Source of the DNA: an uncultured Gemmatimonadales bacterium
Lineage (GTDB): Bacteria; Gemmatimonadota; Gemmatimonadetes; Gemmatimonadales; JACORV01
NCBI GenBank assembly: GCA_963835535.1
Contig: CAWIFL010000013.1
Coordinates: 3,046-67,045 of the forward strand
Direction of reading: 5' to 3'
Length of the DNA: 64,000 bases
Below the pieces are notes generated by a model. It made no database searches. It saw only the letters and a program-made list of their open reading frames with translations, and was not told where the DNA came from. Numbering within the stretch: position 1 is the stretch's first letter; every line of letters begins with the position of its first letter. This document shows, piece by piece, positions 10,438-19,775 of this stretch. The position numbers were made by a program, and so were the translations under genes.

Positions 10438-11297
10438 CGGCCCGCCGGAGCGGCGGCGTAGTCGTAGAAGCCGCGGCCCGTCTTCCGTCCGAGCGCTCCC
10501 GCGGCCACCATCCGCTTGAGGAGCGGGCAGGGCCGGTACTTGTCGTCCCCCAGCCCGCGCTGCAGCACCTCGAGGATGTTGAGGCAGACGTCGAGCCCGA
10601 TCAGGTCGGCCAGGGCGAGCGGGCCGAGCGGATGGTTCATGCCGAGCTTCATCACCGTGTCGATGGACTCGGCGGTCGCCACGCCCTCCATCAGGCAGAA
10701 CACCGCTTCGTTGATCATCGGCATCAGGACGCGGTTGGACACGAAGCCCGGGTAATCGTTGACCTCGACCGGCGTCTTGCCCAGCTCCCGCGCGATCGCC
10801 ATCACGCGGCCCGCCGTGTCCTGGCTTGTCTCCTGGCCGCGGATCACCTCGACCAGCGCCATCACCGGCACCGGGTTCATGAAGTGCATCCCGATCACGC
10901 GGTCCGGCCGGCGCGTCTGCGCGGCCAGCGCCGTGATCGAGATGGAGCTGGTGTTGCTCGCGAGGATCGCCGCGGGCGGGAGGCACCGGTCGAGCTCGGC
11001 GAACAGCGGGAACTTGACCGCCTCGCTCTCGAACGCGGCCTCGACCGCCAGCTCGGCGCCGCCGGCCGCAGCCAGATCCGTGGCGGGATGCAGGCGGGCC
11101 AGCGCCGCGTCGCGCTCCGGGGCGGTGAGGGTGCCCTTCTTCAGCTGGCGCTCGAGGTTGGCGCGGATCGCCGCGACGCCCTTCGCGAGCGCGGCCTCGG
11201 CCACGTCCACGAGCGCGACGTCCCAGCCGTGCTGCGCGAAGACGTGCGCGATCCCGTTCCCCATCGTGCCGGCGCCCACGACCGCGACCTTCGCCAT
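10434..11297 (-). CDS. hbd: 3-hydroxybutyryl-CoA dehydrogenase
   Basis: ORF 10434..11297(-), 287 aa. Motifs: [51 protein letters not shown]. Confidence 0.9.
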   Translation of the reverse strand: MAKVAVVGAGTMGNGIAHVFAQHGWDVALVDVAEAALAKGVAAIRANLERQLKKGTLTAPERDAALARLHPATDLAAAGGAELAVEAAFESEAVKFPLFAELDRCLPPAAILASNTSSISITALAAQTRRPDRVIGMHFMNPVPVMALVEVIRGQETSQDTAGRVMAIARELGKTPVEVNDYPGFVSNRVLMPMINEAVFCLMEGVATAESIDTVMKLGMNHPLGPLALADLIGLDVCLNILEVLQRGLGDDKYRPCPLLKRMVAAGALGRKTGRGFYDYAAAPAGR

Positions 11298-11330
11298 CCG
11301 CTCACGCCCTCCCGAAAACGCAGCGCGCGC

Positions 11331-11908
11331 TCAGCGGAGCGCGCGCGTCAGGGGCAAGGTGCGGTGCAGGACCAGCGCCGCCAGACCGACCTTCACGGCG
11401 TCCTCCAGCAGGAACGGAAGCGAACCCGCGGCGAACGCCACAGGCGCGCTGCCGGTCATGACCGCCAGCTGGGCCAGCCCCCCGGCGTGCACCGCGATCA
11501 TCCCGAGCAGCGGGCCTCCGACCAGCCCCGCCCACCCCGGCCGGCGCGCGACGACGAACCCGACGAGCGCGGCGGCGAACGGGTACGCGAGCAGGTACCC
11601 ACCGGTCGGGCCGAAGAGCCGCGCCACGCCCGGGGCGCCGTACGGCGTGAACACCGGCAGCCCCGCCGCGCCGAGCAGCAGATAGAAGACGAGGCTCGCG
11701 GCGCCGCGGCGCGCGCCGAGCAGGCCGCCCACCAGGAGCACCGCGAGCGCCTGCAGCGTGACGGGCACCGGCGTGCCGGGGAGCGGCACCGCGACCTGGG
11801 AGGCGAGCGCGACGGCGAGCGCCCCCGCGGCGACGAGCGCGAGGTCGAGGGTGCGGCTCCGGCCGGCTGCGACCGGGGGGGGGCGGCGGTGGACGTGGCC
11901 TGGGTCAT
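11331..11908 (-). CDS. bioY: biotin transporter BioY; body intact but out of frame with the only well-placed start codon (C9 tract)
   Basis: ORF 11331..11999(-) carries the BioY core ([31 protein letters not shown]..). ATG 11908 forms an ATGA overlap with the thiolase stop but is in another frame. One extra C in the 9-C run (11875-11883) would join the two frames. The body frame has no canonical start before the first TM helix unless ATG 11999 is used, which lies 95 nt inside the thiolase gene. Confidence 0.75.
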
Positions 11909-13104
11909 CCGAGACGCTCCACGGAGAGGGCCACGGCGTTGCCGCCGCCGAGGCACAGGGTGGCGAGGCCGGTCGCGGCGCCGCGCGCGGCCATCGCATG
12001 GAGCAGCGTGGTCAGCACCCGCGCCCCGCTGGCGCCGATCGGATGGCCGAGCGCGACCGCGCCGCCGTTCACGTTGACGCGGGACCAGTCCCAGCCGAGG
12101 GCGCGCCCGTCGGCGAGCGCCTGGACGGCGAACGCCTCGTTGGCCTCGATGAGGTCGTAGGCCCCGATGGTCTTCCCTTCCTTCTTCATCAGGTTCTGGA
12201 CCGCCACGATCGGCGCGAAGAACAGGTCCTTCGGCTCGCCGCCGCCCGTGGCGTACGCGGTGATCCGCGCCAGCGGCTCGAGGAAACGCTCCCGCGCGAA
12301 CGCCAGCGACGCCACCACGAGCGCGCTCGCGCCGTCGTTGAGGCCGGGGGCGTTGCCCGCGGTCACCGTGCCGTCCTTCTCGAACGCCGGCTTGAGCTTC
12401 GCGAGCGCCTCGAGCGTCGTGTCGGCGCGCGGAGACTCGTCCTTCTCGATCCGCACGGTGCCCTTCCGGTCGGCGATCTCGACCGGGACGATCTCCGCCC
12501 GGAAGAGGCCCCGCTCCTGCGCCGCCACGGCCTTCTGATGGCTCGCGAGCGCGAAGGCGTCCTGTTCCTCGCGGGAGACACCCGCCCGCTTCGCGGTGTA
12601 CTCCGCGTAGGAGCCCATGTGCACGTCGCCGAACGAGCACCAGAGGCCGTCGCGGATCACGCCGTCCACCATCGTCTGGTTGCCGAGCTTCACGCCGCTG
12701 CGCAGCCCGAAGAGGTAGAAGGGCGCGTTCGACATGGACTCCATCCCGCCCGCGACGACGCACTCGGCGTCGCCCGCCTTCACCGCCTGCGCCGCCAGCA
12801 TCACCGCCTTGAGACCCGAGCCGCACACCTTGTTGACGGTGAGCGCGGGCACGGTGCCGGGGAGGCCGGCGCCGATCGCCGCCTGCCGCGCGGGCGCCTG
12901 GCCCACGCCGCCCTGCACCACGTTCCCCATGATCACTTCGCCGACGTCCGCGTCCGCGACCGCGGCGCGGCGCACCGCCTCGCGGATGGCCAGCGCGCCC
13001 AGCCGCGGCGCGGTGAGCGGCGCGAGACCGCCCAGGAACCGGCCGATGGGCGTGCGCACCGCGCTGAGGATGACGGGGGTCAGCCGGGGATCGGGAGCCG
13101 CCAT
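11905..13104 (-). CDS. acetyl-CoA C-acetyltransferase (thiolase II)
   Basis: Tail of ORF 11905..14505(-) from [21 protein letters not shown]. Motifs: [12 protein letters not shown] (active Cys), [27 protein letters not shown] 13104 overlaps the thrS stop by 1 nt. Confidence 0.95.
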   Translation of the reverse strand: MAAPDPRLTPVILSAVRTPIGRFLGGLAPLTAPRLGALAIREAVRRAAVADADVGEVIMGNVVQGGVGQAPARQAAIGAGLPGTVPALTVNKVCGSGLKAVMLAAQAVKAGDAECVVAGGMESMSNAPFYLFGLRSGVKLGNQTMVDGVIRDGLWCSFGDVHMGSYAEYTAKRAGVSREEQDAFALASHQKAVAAQERGLFRAEIVPVEIADRKGTVRIEKDESPRADTTLEALAKLKPAFEKDGTVTAGNAPGLNDGASALVVASLAFARERFLEPLARITAYATGGGEPKDLFFAPIVAVQNLMKKEGKTIGAYDLIEANEAFAVQALADGRALGWDWSRVNVNGGAVALGHPIGASGARVLTTLLHAMAARGAATGLATLCLGGGNAVALSVERLG

Positions 13105-15047
13105 CACGGGCCTCGCATCCGGGTGCGCACCTCGTCCACGAGCCGGGCGAGGAACGCCTCCTGGGTCATGACGTCCTGCTTCTTCCCGGTGCCGCGGACC
13201 CGCACGGCCACCGCGCGCGCCTCCGCCTCCCGCGCGCCGATCACCGCCATGTACGGCACCTTGTGCAGCTCGGCGTCGCGGATGCGGTAGTTCAGCGTGT
13301 CGCTGCGATCGTCGAGCACGGCCCGGATGCCGGCGCCGCGCAGCGCCGCCTCCACCCCCCGCGCCGCCTCCACCTGCGCGTCGCTGATCGGCAGCACCCG
13401 CACCTGCTCGGGGGAGAGCCAGAGCGGGAACGCGCCGGCGAAGTGCTCGATGAGGAAGCCGAGGAAGCGCTCCAGCGTGCCGAAGATCGCGCGGTGGACC
13501 ATCACCGGGCGGTGCGGCTTGTTGTCCGCGCCGGTGTATTCCAGCGCGAACCGCTCCGGCAGCTGGAAGTCGAGCTGGATCGTCGCGCCCTGCCACTCCC
13601 GGCCGATCGCGTCGTTGAACTTGATGTCGATCTTCGGTCCGTAGAACGCGCCGCCGCCCGTGTCGAGGCGATAGGTGACGCCGCGCCGCTTGAGCGCCGC
13701 CTCCAGCGCCTGCTCGGCCTGCGTCCAGGCCTCGTCGCTCCCGAGCTTCTTCTCCGGCCGGGTGGCGAGATCGAAGCGGTACTCGAGGCCCAGCGTCTTC
13801 CCCATCACCAGCTCGACGATGTCGAGCAGCTCGAAGATCTCGTTCTCGATCTGGTCGGGCCTGAGGAAGATGTGCCCGTCGTCCATCGTCAGCCCGCGCA
13901 CCCGCAGCATCCCGTGCAGCACGCCCGACCGCTCGTTGCGGTAGACGTTGGCGATCTCCGTGAGCCGGAGCGGCAGGTCGCGGTAGCTGCGCTGCTGCGA
14001 GGCGTACACGAGGATGTGCATCGGGCAGTTCATCGGCTTCACCCGGTAGCGCACGTCCTCCGCCTCGCCCTCCCCCGCCGCCATCGCCGGGAACTGGTTC
14101 TCCGCGTACCACGGCAGGTGCCCCGAGCGCAGGAACAGCTGCTCGCGGGTGATGTGCGGCGTGTAGACCAGGAGGTTGCCGCGCTCGAGCAGGACGTCCT
14201 CGATGAAACGCCGCAGCTGGAACTGGAGCATCGCGCCCTTGGGGTGCCAGAAGATCAGCCCCGGCCCGACGTCCTCCTGGATGCTGAAGAGGTCGAGCTG
14301 CTTCCCCAGGATGCGGTGGTCGCGGCGGCGCGCCTCCTCGAGCCGGTGCAGGTAGGCGTCGAGGTCCTGCTTCGAGAACCAGGCGGTGCCGTAGATGCGC
14401 TGCAGCATCTGGCGCTTCTCGTCGCCGCGCCAGTAGGCGCCCGCCGCGTGCAGGAGCTTGAAGTGCTGCAGCCGCCCGGTGCTCGGCAGGTGCGGGCCGC
14501 GGCACAGGTCCTCGAACGGGCCGTCGCGGTAGACCGAGATGGTCTCGGCCGCGCCGATCTCGGAGAGCCGCTCGAGCTTGAGGGGGTCGGCGGCGAAGCG
14601 GCGCTGCGCCTCGTCCCGGGACACCTCCTCGCGGACGATCGGGTAGTCGGCGGCGGTCACGGCGCGCATCTCGCCCTCGATCTTCTCCAGATCGTCGGGC
14701 GTGAAGGGGCGCGGCACCTCGAAGTCGTAGTAGAAGCCGTCCTCGATGGCGGGGCCGAAGCCGATGCCCGCGTCGGGGAAGACCTTGCGCACCGCGGTGG
14801 CGAGGACGTGCGCGGCCGAATGGCGCAGCACGCCGAGCGCGTCGGGGTCCTTTTCGGTCAGCACCTGGAAGGGCCCCGAGCCGGGAAGCTCGCGGTCGAG
14901 CTCGACGATCTGCCCGTTCAACCGGGCGGCGACGGCGGCCTGCGCGAGGCGCGGGCCGATGGACGCCGCGACGGCGCGCGGCGTCGTGCCGGGCGCGACG
15001 CGTTTCTCCGATCCGTCGGGGAGCGTGAGGACCAGTTGATCAGCCAT
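13104..15047 (-). CDS. thrS: threonine--tRNA ligase
   Basis: Tail of ORF 13104..15737(-) from MADQLVLTLPDGSE (TGS domain). Motifs: HSAAHVLA, CRGPH, class II core FRNERSG-like (YRNERSGVLHGMLRVRG), anticodon-binding C-domain. ATG at 15047. Confidence 0.95.
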   Translation of the reverse strand: MADQLVLTLPDGSEKRVAPGTTPRAVAASIGPRLAQAAVAARLNGQIVELDRELPGSGPFQVLTEKDPDALGVLRHSAAHVLATAVRKVFPDAGIGFGPAIEDGFYYDFEVPRPFTPDDLEKIEGEMRAVTAADYPIVREEVSRDEAQRRFAADPLKLERLSEIGAAETISVYRDGPFEDLCRGPHLPSTGRLQHFKLLHAAGAYWRGDEKRQMLQRIYGTAWFSKQDLDAYLHRLEEARRRDHRILGKQLDLFSIQEDVGPGLIFWHPKGAMLQFQLRRFIEDVLLERGNLLVYTPHITREQLFLRSGHLPWYAENQFPAMAAGEGEAEDVRYRVKPMNCPMHILVYASQQRSYRDLPLRLTEIANVYRNERSGVLHGMLRVRGLTMDDGHIFLRPDQIENEIFELLDIVELVMGKTLGLEYRFDLATRPEKKLGSDEAWTQAEQALEAALKRRGVTYRLDTGGGAFYGPKIDIKFNDAIGREWQGATIQLDFQLPERFALEYTGADNKPHRPVMVHRAIFGTLERFLGFLIEHFAGAFPLWLSPEQVRVLPISDAQVEAARGVEAALRGAGIRAVLDDRSDTLNYRIRDAELHKVPYMAVIGAREAEARAVAVRVRGTGKKQDVMTQEAFLARLVDEVRTRMRGP

Positions 15048-15170
15048 GCCACTCCGTGCCAGGCACCGGTTGTCTAAGGGCTGGAGGGGGCGCAACTTGC
15101 GACAGGAGGCCCGCTTCGCCAGAGTTAAGCAATGTAGCGGGGGCCCACCGCGGTTTCCACCGGAGGCGGA

Positions 15171-15635
15171 GTGTCGCGCGACGGCAAAGGCTCGGACTGG
15201 ACGATCTCGGACCTGCTGGTCGTGGCCGTGGGAGCCGGCCTCGGCCTGGCGCTCGGGTATTTCGCGGCCGAGCGCGTGGGCCGGGTCAACAGCCAGCGGG
15301 TCCACTCCGCGATCGACCGCTGGAAGCGGCGGTACGGGCGGCCGGCGGAGGCGTGGACCGACGAGGACGGGGAGCGGCTGGAGGCGCGGGTCCTCGACGC
15401 GCTGCGCCGCGACGCCGTGCTCGGCCGGCGCGCCGTCCGCGTGCGCGTGTTCGAGGGCGGGATCGTGGAGCTGAGCGGCCGCGTCGCGCACCCGAGCGAG
15501 GTGCAGCTGGCCGGCCGGGTGGTGGGGGCGGTGCCGGAGGTCCGGACGGTCCTCAATCACCTGCTGGTGACGGGGGCGGATGGGCCGGTGCCCGCGGTAG
15601 CGGGGCCGAGTACGCCCCGGGCCGCGCGAGGATGA
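15171..15635 (+). CDS. BON domain-containing membrane-anchored protein
   Basis: ORF 15171..15635(+), GTG start. It has an N-terminal TM helix (LLVVAVGAGLGLALGYFAA). The C-terminal BON pattern is VRVRVFEGGIVELSGRVAHPSEVQLAGRVVGAVPEVRTVLNHLLV. Confidence 0.75.
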   Translation: MSRDGKGSDWTISDLLVVAVGAGLGLALGYFAAERVGRVNSQRVHSAIDRWKRRYGRPAEAWTDEDGERLEARVLDALRRDAVLGRRAVRVRVFEGGIVELSGRVAHPSEVQLAGRVVGAVPEVRTVLNHLLVTGADGPVPAVAGPSTPRAARG

Positions 15636-15660
15636 TGGTGGCGAAGCACTGCATTCCCGC

Positions 15661-15684
15661 GGCCCGCTCCACGCGGGCCTTTTT
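15661..15684 (+). terminator. rho-independent terminator-like hairpin after the BON gene
   Basis: GGCCCGC (15661-67), loop tccac, GCGGGCC (15673-79), followed by TTTTT (15680-84). It lies 26 nt after the BON stop and 12 nt before the valS ATG. Confidence 0.5.
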
Positions 15685-15696
15685 GTGGACGAGGGC

Positions 15697-18399
15697 ATGA
15701 CCGAAGCGACGACGCTGTCCCCGCAGTACAGTGCCACGGACGTCGAGGCGGCGCTCTACGCCGACTGGGAGGCCCGCGGATACTTCACGCCCTCCAGCGC
15801 TCCCGGGGCGCGGCCGTACGTCATCGTCATCCCGCCGCCCAACGTCACGGACGTGCTCCACATGGGGCACGGGCTGAACAACACCGTCCAGGACGTCCTG
15901 ATCCGCTTCGAGCGCATGCGCGGCCGCGCGGCGCTCTGGGTGCCGGGGACGGACCACGCCGGCATCGCCACGCAGAACGTGGTCGAGAAGCTGCTCGCCG
16001 CCGAGGGCAAGACGCGGTTCGACCTCGGGCGCGAGGCCTTCGTCGCGCGGGTGTGGGAACACGTGAACGCCAAGCGCGGCGTCATCCTCGATCAGCTGCG
16101 GGCCATCGGCTGCTCGTGCGACTGGACGCGCACGCGGTTCACCCTCGACCCCGAGATGAGCCACGCGGTGCGTGAGACCTTCGTGCAGCTCTGGGAGGAG
16201 GGGCTCATCTACCGCGGCTACCGGGTGATCCACTGGTGCCCGCGGTGCCACACGGCGCTCTCGGACGAGGAGGCGGAGCACGAGGACGTCGAGGGCGCGT
16301 TCTACCACATCCGCTACCCGCTCGCCGACACCGAGGGATACATCACGGTGGCCACGACGCGGCCCGAGACGCTGCTCGGCGACGTCGCCGTAGCGGTGAA
16401 CCCGAGCGACCCGGCGCGCGCGGCGTACGTCGGCCGGCACGTGGTCCTCCCGATCGCGGAGCTGGAGATCCCGATCATCGCCGACGAGCACGTGGAGGCC
16501 GGCTTCGGCACCGGGTTCGTGAAGATCACGCCCGCGCACGACGCGGACGACTTCGAGGTGGGCAAGCGGCACAACCTCGCCACGCCGATCGTGATGACGC
16601 CCGAGGCGCGGATGGCCGACGCGGCGCTGAACGGCAAGGCCGGCGGCCGCGTGCCCGCGCCCATCTTCGGGATGGACCGCTTCGAGGCGCGCAAGGCGAT
16701 CCTGGAGCTGCTGAAGGCGCGCGGCCTGCTGGAGAAGGTGGAGAGCCGCCTGCACGCCGTCCGCCACTGCTACCGCTGCGACACGGTGGTCGAGCCGCGG
16801 CTGAGCGACCAGTGGTTCGTGACGATGGAGCCGCTCGCGGCGCCGGCGCTCGAGGCGTACCGGAAGGGCGAGGTCCGCTTCATCCCGGAGCGGCGCGGCG
16901 TCGAGTTCGAGCAGTGGCTGACCGGGATCCGCGACTGGAACATCTCGCGCCAGCTCTGGTGGGGCCACCGCATCCCGGTCTGGTACTGCGACAAGTGCGG
17001 CCTGCAGAGCGCGTTCCGCGAGGACCCGCAGGCGTGCCCCGCCTGCGGCGCGGCCCTGCGCCAGGACGAGGACGTCCTCGACACCTGGTTCAGCTCCTGG
17101 CTCTGGCCGTTCTCGACCCTCGGCTGGCCCGAGCAGACCGCCGACCTCGCGCGCTTCTACCCCACCGACGTCCTGGTCACCGCCCCCGAGATCATCTTCT
17201 TCTGGGTGGCGCGGATGATCATGGCCGGGCTCCACTTCCTGGGGCGCGTGCCGTTCCATACGGTGTACCTGCACGGCACGGTACGCGACACGCACCACGT
17301 CAAGATGTCGAAGTCGCTCGGCAACGGGATCGACCCGCTCGAGGTGGTGCGGCGGTTCGGCGCCGACGCCCTGCGCTTCGCGGTCACGAGCGGGCTGGCC
17401 GTAGGGACGGACATCGTCCTCGATCCCGGCGACCTCGAGACGTCGTTCGCCTCGGGGCGGAACTTCGCCAACAAGCTCTGGAACGTCGGCCGCCTGCTGC
17501 TGTCGTCGCTGGGCGAGGACGCGGTGCGGCCGCTGGCCGACGTCCCGCCCGGCGAGCTCAACCTCGCGGACCGCTGGATCCTGTCGCGGCTGGCGCGCGC
17601 GGTGCGGGAGACGACGGAGCACCTCGAGAAGTTCCGGCTCAACGACGCCGTCGGGACGCCGTACCACTTCCTCTGGGACGACTTCGCCGACTGGTACCTG
17701 GAGGAGGTCAAGCCGCGGCTCCGGGGCGAGGCGGCGGGCGCCGAGGCGGCGCGGTCGGTGGCGGCGCACGGCTTCGAGACGGTGCTCCGCCTGCTGCATC
17801 CGGCGATGCCGTTCATCACCGAGACGCTCTACCGCCGTCTCCCCGGCCGCGCCGACGCGTCCATCGTCGTCGCGCCGTGGCCCGCGGCGGACGCGGGGCG
17901 CGACGACCCCGACGCCGAGCGCGACTTCGCGTTCGTGCAGGCGCTGGTGGATGCGGTCCGCGAGGTGCGGGCGGACTACGGCGTCAAGCCGGGTCAGGAG
18001 CTGCCCGCCTTCCACGCCAGGACCTCGTCGCGGCAGCGGAAGGCGCTGGCGACCGAAGACGACATGATCCGACGGCTGGCACGGCTCAAGCAGCTCGACT
18101 TCGTCGGGGACCCGTCGGTGCACGGCAAGGTCGGCGCGCACGTCGTTCTCCCGGATGGCGCCGAGCTCTTTGTCGGGCTCGGCGAGGCGATCGACGTGGC
18201 CAGGGAATGCGCCCGGCTCGGCTCCGAGCTGCAGCGGCTCGAGCGCCAGATCGCGGGCCTCAAGACCAAGCTCGCCAACCCCGGCTTCACGGGCCAGGCG
18301 CCTGCGGAGGTCGTGGAGCGCGAGCGCACCAAGGAGCGCGAGTGGACGGTCAAGCGGGAGGCGCTCGCCTCCAAGCTCGCCGCGCTCGGCTGCGCGTAG
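15697..18399 (+). CDS. valS: valine--tRNA ligase
   Basis: ORF 15685..18399(+). Motifs: PPPNVTDVLHMGH (HIGH), KMSKS (VKMSKSLGN), CP1 editing domain, C-terminal coiled coil. ATG 15697 is preferred; GTG 15685 is possible. Confidence 0.95.
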   Translation: MTEATTLSPQYSATDVEAALYADWEARGYFTPSSAPGARPYVIVIPPPNVTDVLHMGHGLNNTVQDVLIRFERMRGRAALWVPGTDHAGIATQNVVEKLLAAEGKTRFDLGREAFVARVWEHVNAKRGVILDQLRAIGCSCDWTRTRFTLDPEMSHAVRETFVQLWEEGLIYRGYRVIHWCPRCHTALSDEEAEHEDVEGAFYHIRYPLADTEGYITVATTRPETLLGDVAVAVNPSDPARAAYVGRHVVLPIAELEIPIIADEHVEAGFGTGFVKITPAHDADDFEVGKRHNLATPIVMTPEARMADAALNGKAGGRVPAPIFGMDRFEARKAILELLKARGLLEKVESRLHAVRHCYRCDTVVEPRLSDQWFVTMEPLAAPALEAYRKGEVRFIPERRGVEFEQWLTGIRDWNISRQLWWGHRIPVWYCDKCGLQSAFREDPQACPACGAALRQDEDVLDTWFSSWLWPFSTLGWPEQTADLARFYPTDVLVTAPEIIFFWVARMIMAGLHFLGRVPFHTVYLHGTVRDTHHVKMSKSLGNGIDPLEVVRRFGADALRFAVTSGLAVGTDIVLDPGDLETSFASGRNFANKLWNVGRLLLSSLGEDAVRPLADVPPGELNLADRWILSRLARAVRETTEHLEKFRLNDAVGTPYHFLWDDFADWYLEEVKPRLRGEAAGAEAARSVAAHGFETVLRLLHPAMPFITETLYRRLPGRADASIVVAPWPAADAGRDDPDAERDFAFVQALVDAVREVRADYGVKPGQELPAFHARTSSRQRKALATEDDMIRRLARLKQLDFVGDPSVHGKVGAHVVLPDGAELFVGLGEAIDVARECARLGSELQRLERQIAGLKTKLANPGFTGQAPAEVVERERTKEREWTVKREALASKLAALGCA

Positions 18400-19775
18400 G
18401 CTTCGCGCTCGCGGCGTTCGTCGCGTACTGCGGCTGCGCGTCCACCGGCGACCCGCCGGGCGGTCCTCCGCGCGCCACGCCGCCCGTCCTCCTCGCCAGC
18501 GTGCCCGAGTCCGGCGCCGTGCTCGCCGTGCCGCCGCGTCACGTCGAGCTGAGGTTCGACGAGGTCATCGGCGAGCGCATCGCCGCGCCGCAGCCCACCC
18601 TCGCGGGCGCGGTGCTCGTTTCGCCCGCCACGGGGCCCGTGAGCGTGGACTGGCACCGCAATCACATCACCATCTCGATCAAGGGCGGGTTCCGCCCGCA
18701 GCGCATCTACCGTGTGGAGCTGCTTCCCGTCGTCGTGGACCTCCACCAGAACAGGATGAAAAAGGCCCGGACCATCGTCTTCTCGACCGGCCCGGCGATC
18801 CCCTCGGCGACCCTCGCCGGCACCGTCGTGGACTGGACGGGTGGTCGCGCGGCGAACGGCGCGCTGGTCCAGGCCATGCTGCTGCCCGACTCCCTCCCCT
18901 ATCTCGCGCTGGCCGATTCGGTGGGGAATTTCTCCCTCCGCGCGATGCCGCCCGGCGACTACCTGGTGTACGGCGTCCTCGACCAGAACAACAACCGGCG
19001 CCGGGACCCGCGCGAGGCGTTCGACACCGCGCGCGTCGCGCTCACCGACTCGGCGCTGGTCGGGCTGTACGCGTTCACCCACGACACGATCGGGCCGCGG
19101 ATCAGGTCGGCGGATCCGGTGGACAGCATCACCGTGCGCATCACGTTCGACCGCCCCGTGAGTCCCGCCGTGGCCGTGGACACCTCGATGGTGCACGTGA
19201 GCCCGCTGGCCGATACGACGCAGACGGTCGCGCTGCTCACGGTGCTCACGACGGCCGCGTACGACAGCGCCGCCAAGATCGAAGCGGCCGCCAGGGCCGC
19301 CGCGCAGGCGGCGAGGGACAGCGCGACCCGGGCCGCGGCGGCGGCGCGCGACACCTCCCACCGCGCGGCCGCTCCACAGCCCGCGGCCGCGCGGCCGCCG
19401 GTCCGGCCACCGCCGCTGGGCGCGCTGCCGCGGCACGACTCGCTGCCCGCGGCGCGACACGACACCAGCCGCGCGACGAAGATGCTGGCCGAGCGCCCCG
19501 CCCCCAGCGACACGCGGGTCGTGCGCTTCGCCGCCCCGCTGGAGGCCGGCGTTCGATACGCGATCACGACCGCGAACGTGGTGGGGCTCACCGGAGTCAA
19601 GTCGACCCAGGGCCGCACCACCTTCACGGTGCCGCGGCCGCGGCCCACGCGGCCCGCCGCGGACTCCACGCGCCGTGCCCCGACCGACACCGCCGCCGCG
19701 GGCCGCGCGCAACCCGACACGGTCGCCGCGCGCCGCGACACCGTGCCGGCTCCCCTTCCGGTCAAACCACGGTGA
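18342..19775 (+). CDS. secreted/lipoprotein-like protein with Ig-like (SbsA/Big_5-like) N-domain and Ala/Pro-rich C-terminal half
   Basis: Tail of ORF 16236..19775(+). GTG 18342 is preceded by AAGGAG (18331-36, 5-nt spacer). The signal-like N-terminus is MDGQAGGARLQARRARLRVGFALAAFVAYCGC. The start overlaps the valS 3' end by 58 nt. Confidence 0.65.
   Translation: MDGQAGGARLQARRARLRVGFALAAFVAYCGCASTGDPPGGPPRATPPVLLASVPESGAVLAVPPRHVELRFDEVIGERIAAPQPTLAGAVLVSPATGPVSVDWHRNHITISIKGGFRPQRIYRVELLPVVVDLHQNRMKKARTIVFSTGPAIPSATLAGTVVDWTGGRAANGALVQAMLLPDSLPYLALADSVGNFSLRAMPPGDYLVYGVLDQNNNRRRDPREAFDTARVALTDSALVGLYAFTHDTIGPRIRSADPVDSITVRITFDRPVSPAVAVDTSMVHVSPLADTTQTVALLTVLTTAAYDSAAKIEAAARAAAQAARDSATRAAAAARDTSHRAAAPQPAAARPPVRPPPLGALPRHDSLPAARHDTSRATKMLAERPAPSDTRVVRFAAPLEAGVRYAITTANVVGLTGVKSTQGRTTFTVPRPRPTRPAADSTRRAPTDTAAAGRAQPDTVAARRDTVPAPLPVKPR

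Noticed and set aside
15553-18141. Very long alternative-frame or antisense ORFs. Examples: 15553..18141(-) opposite valS, 318..2114(+), 3608..5971(+), 13263..15077(+), 42206..44713(+), 47470..50943(+), 30947..33022(-), 58192..61518(-).
   Set aside because: The translations are monotonous Arg/Ala/Gly/Pro/His-rich strings with no recognisable motifs. Each lies entirely over a gene with clear family motifs in another frame. This is the expected stop-codon-poor artefact of ~70% GC DNA.
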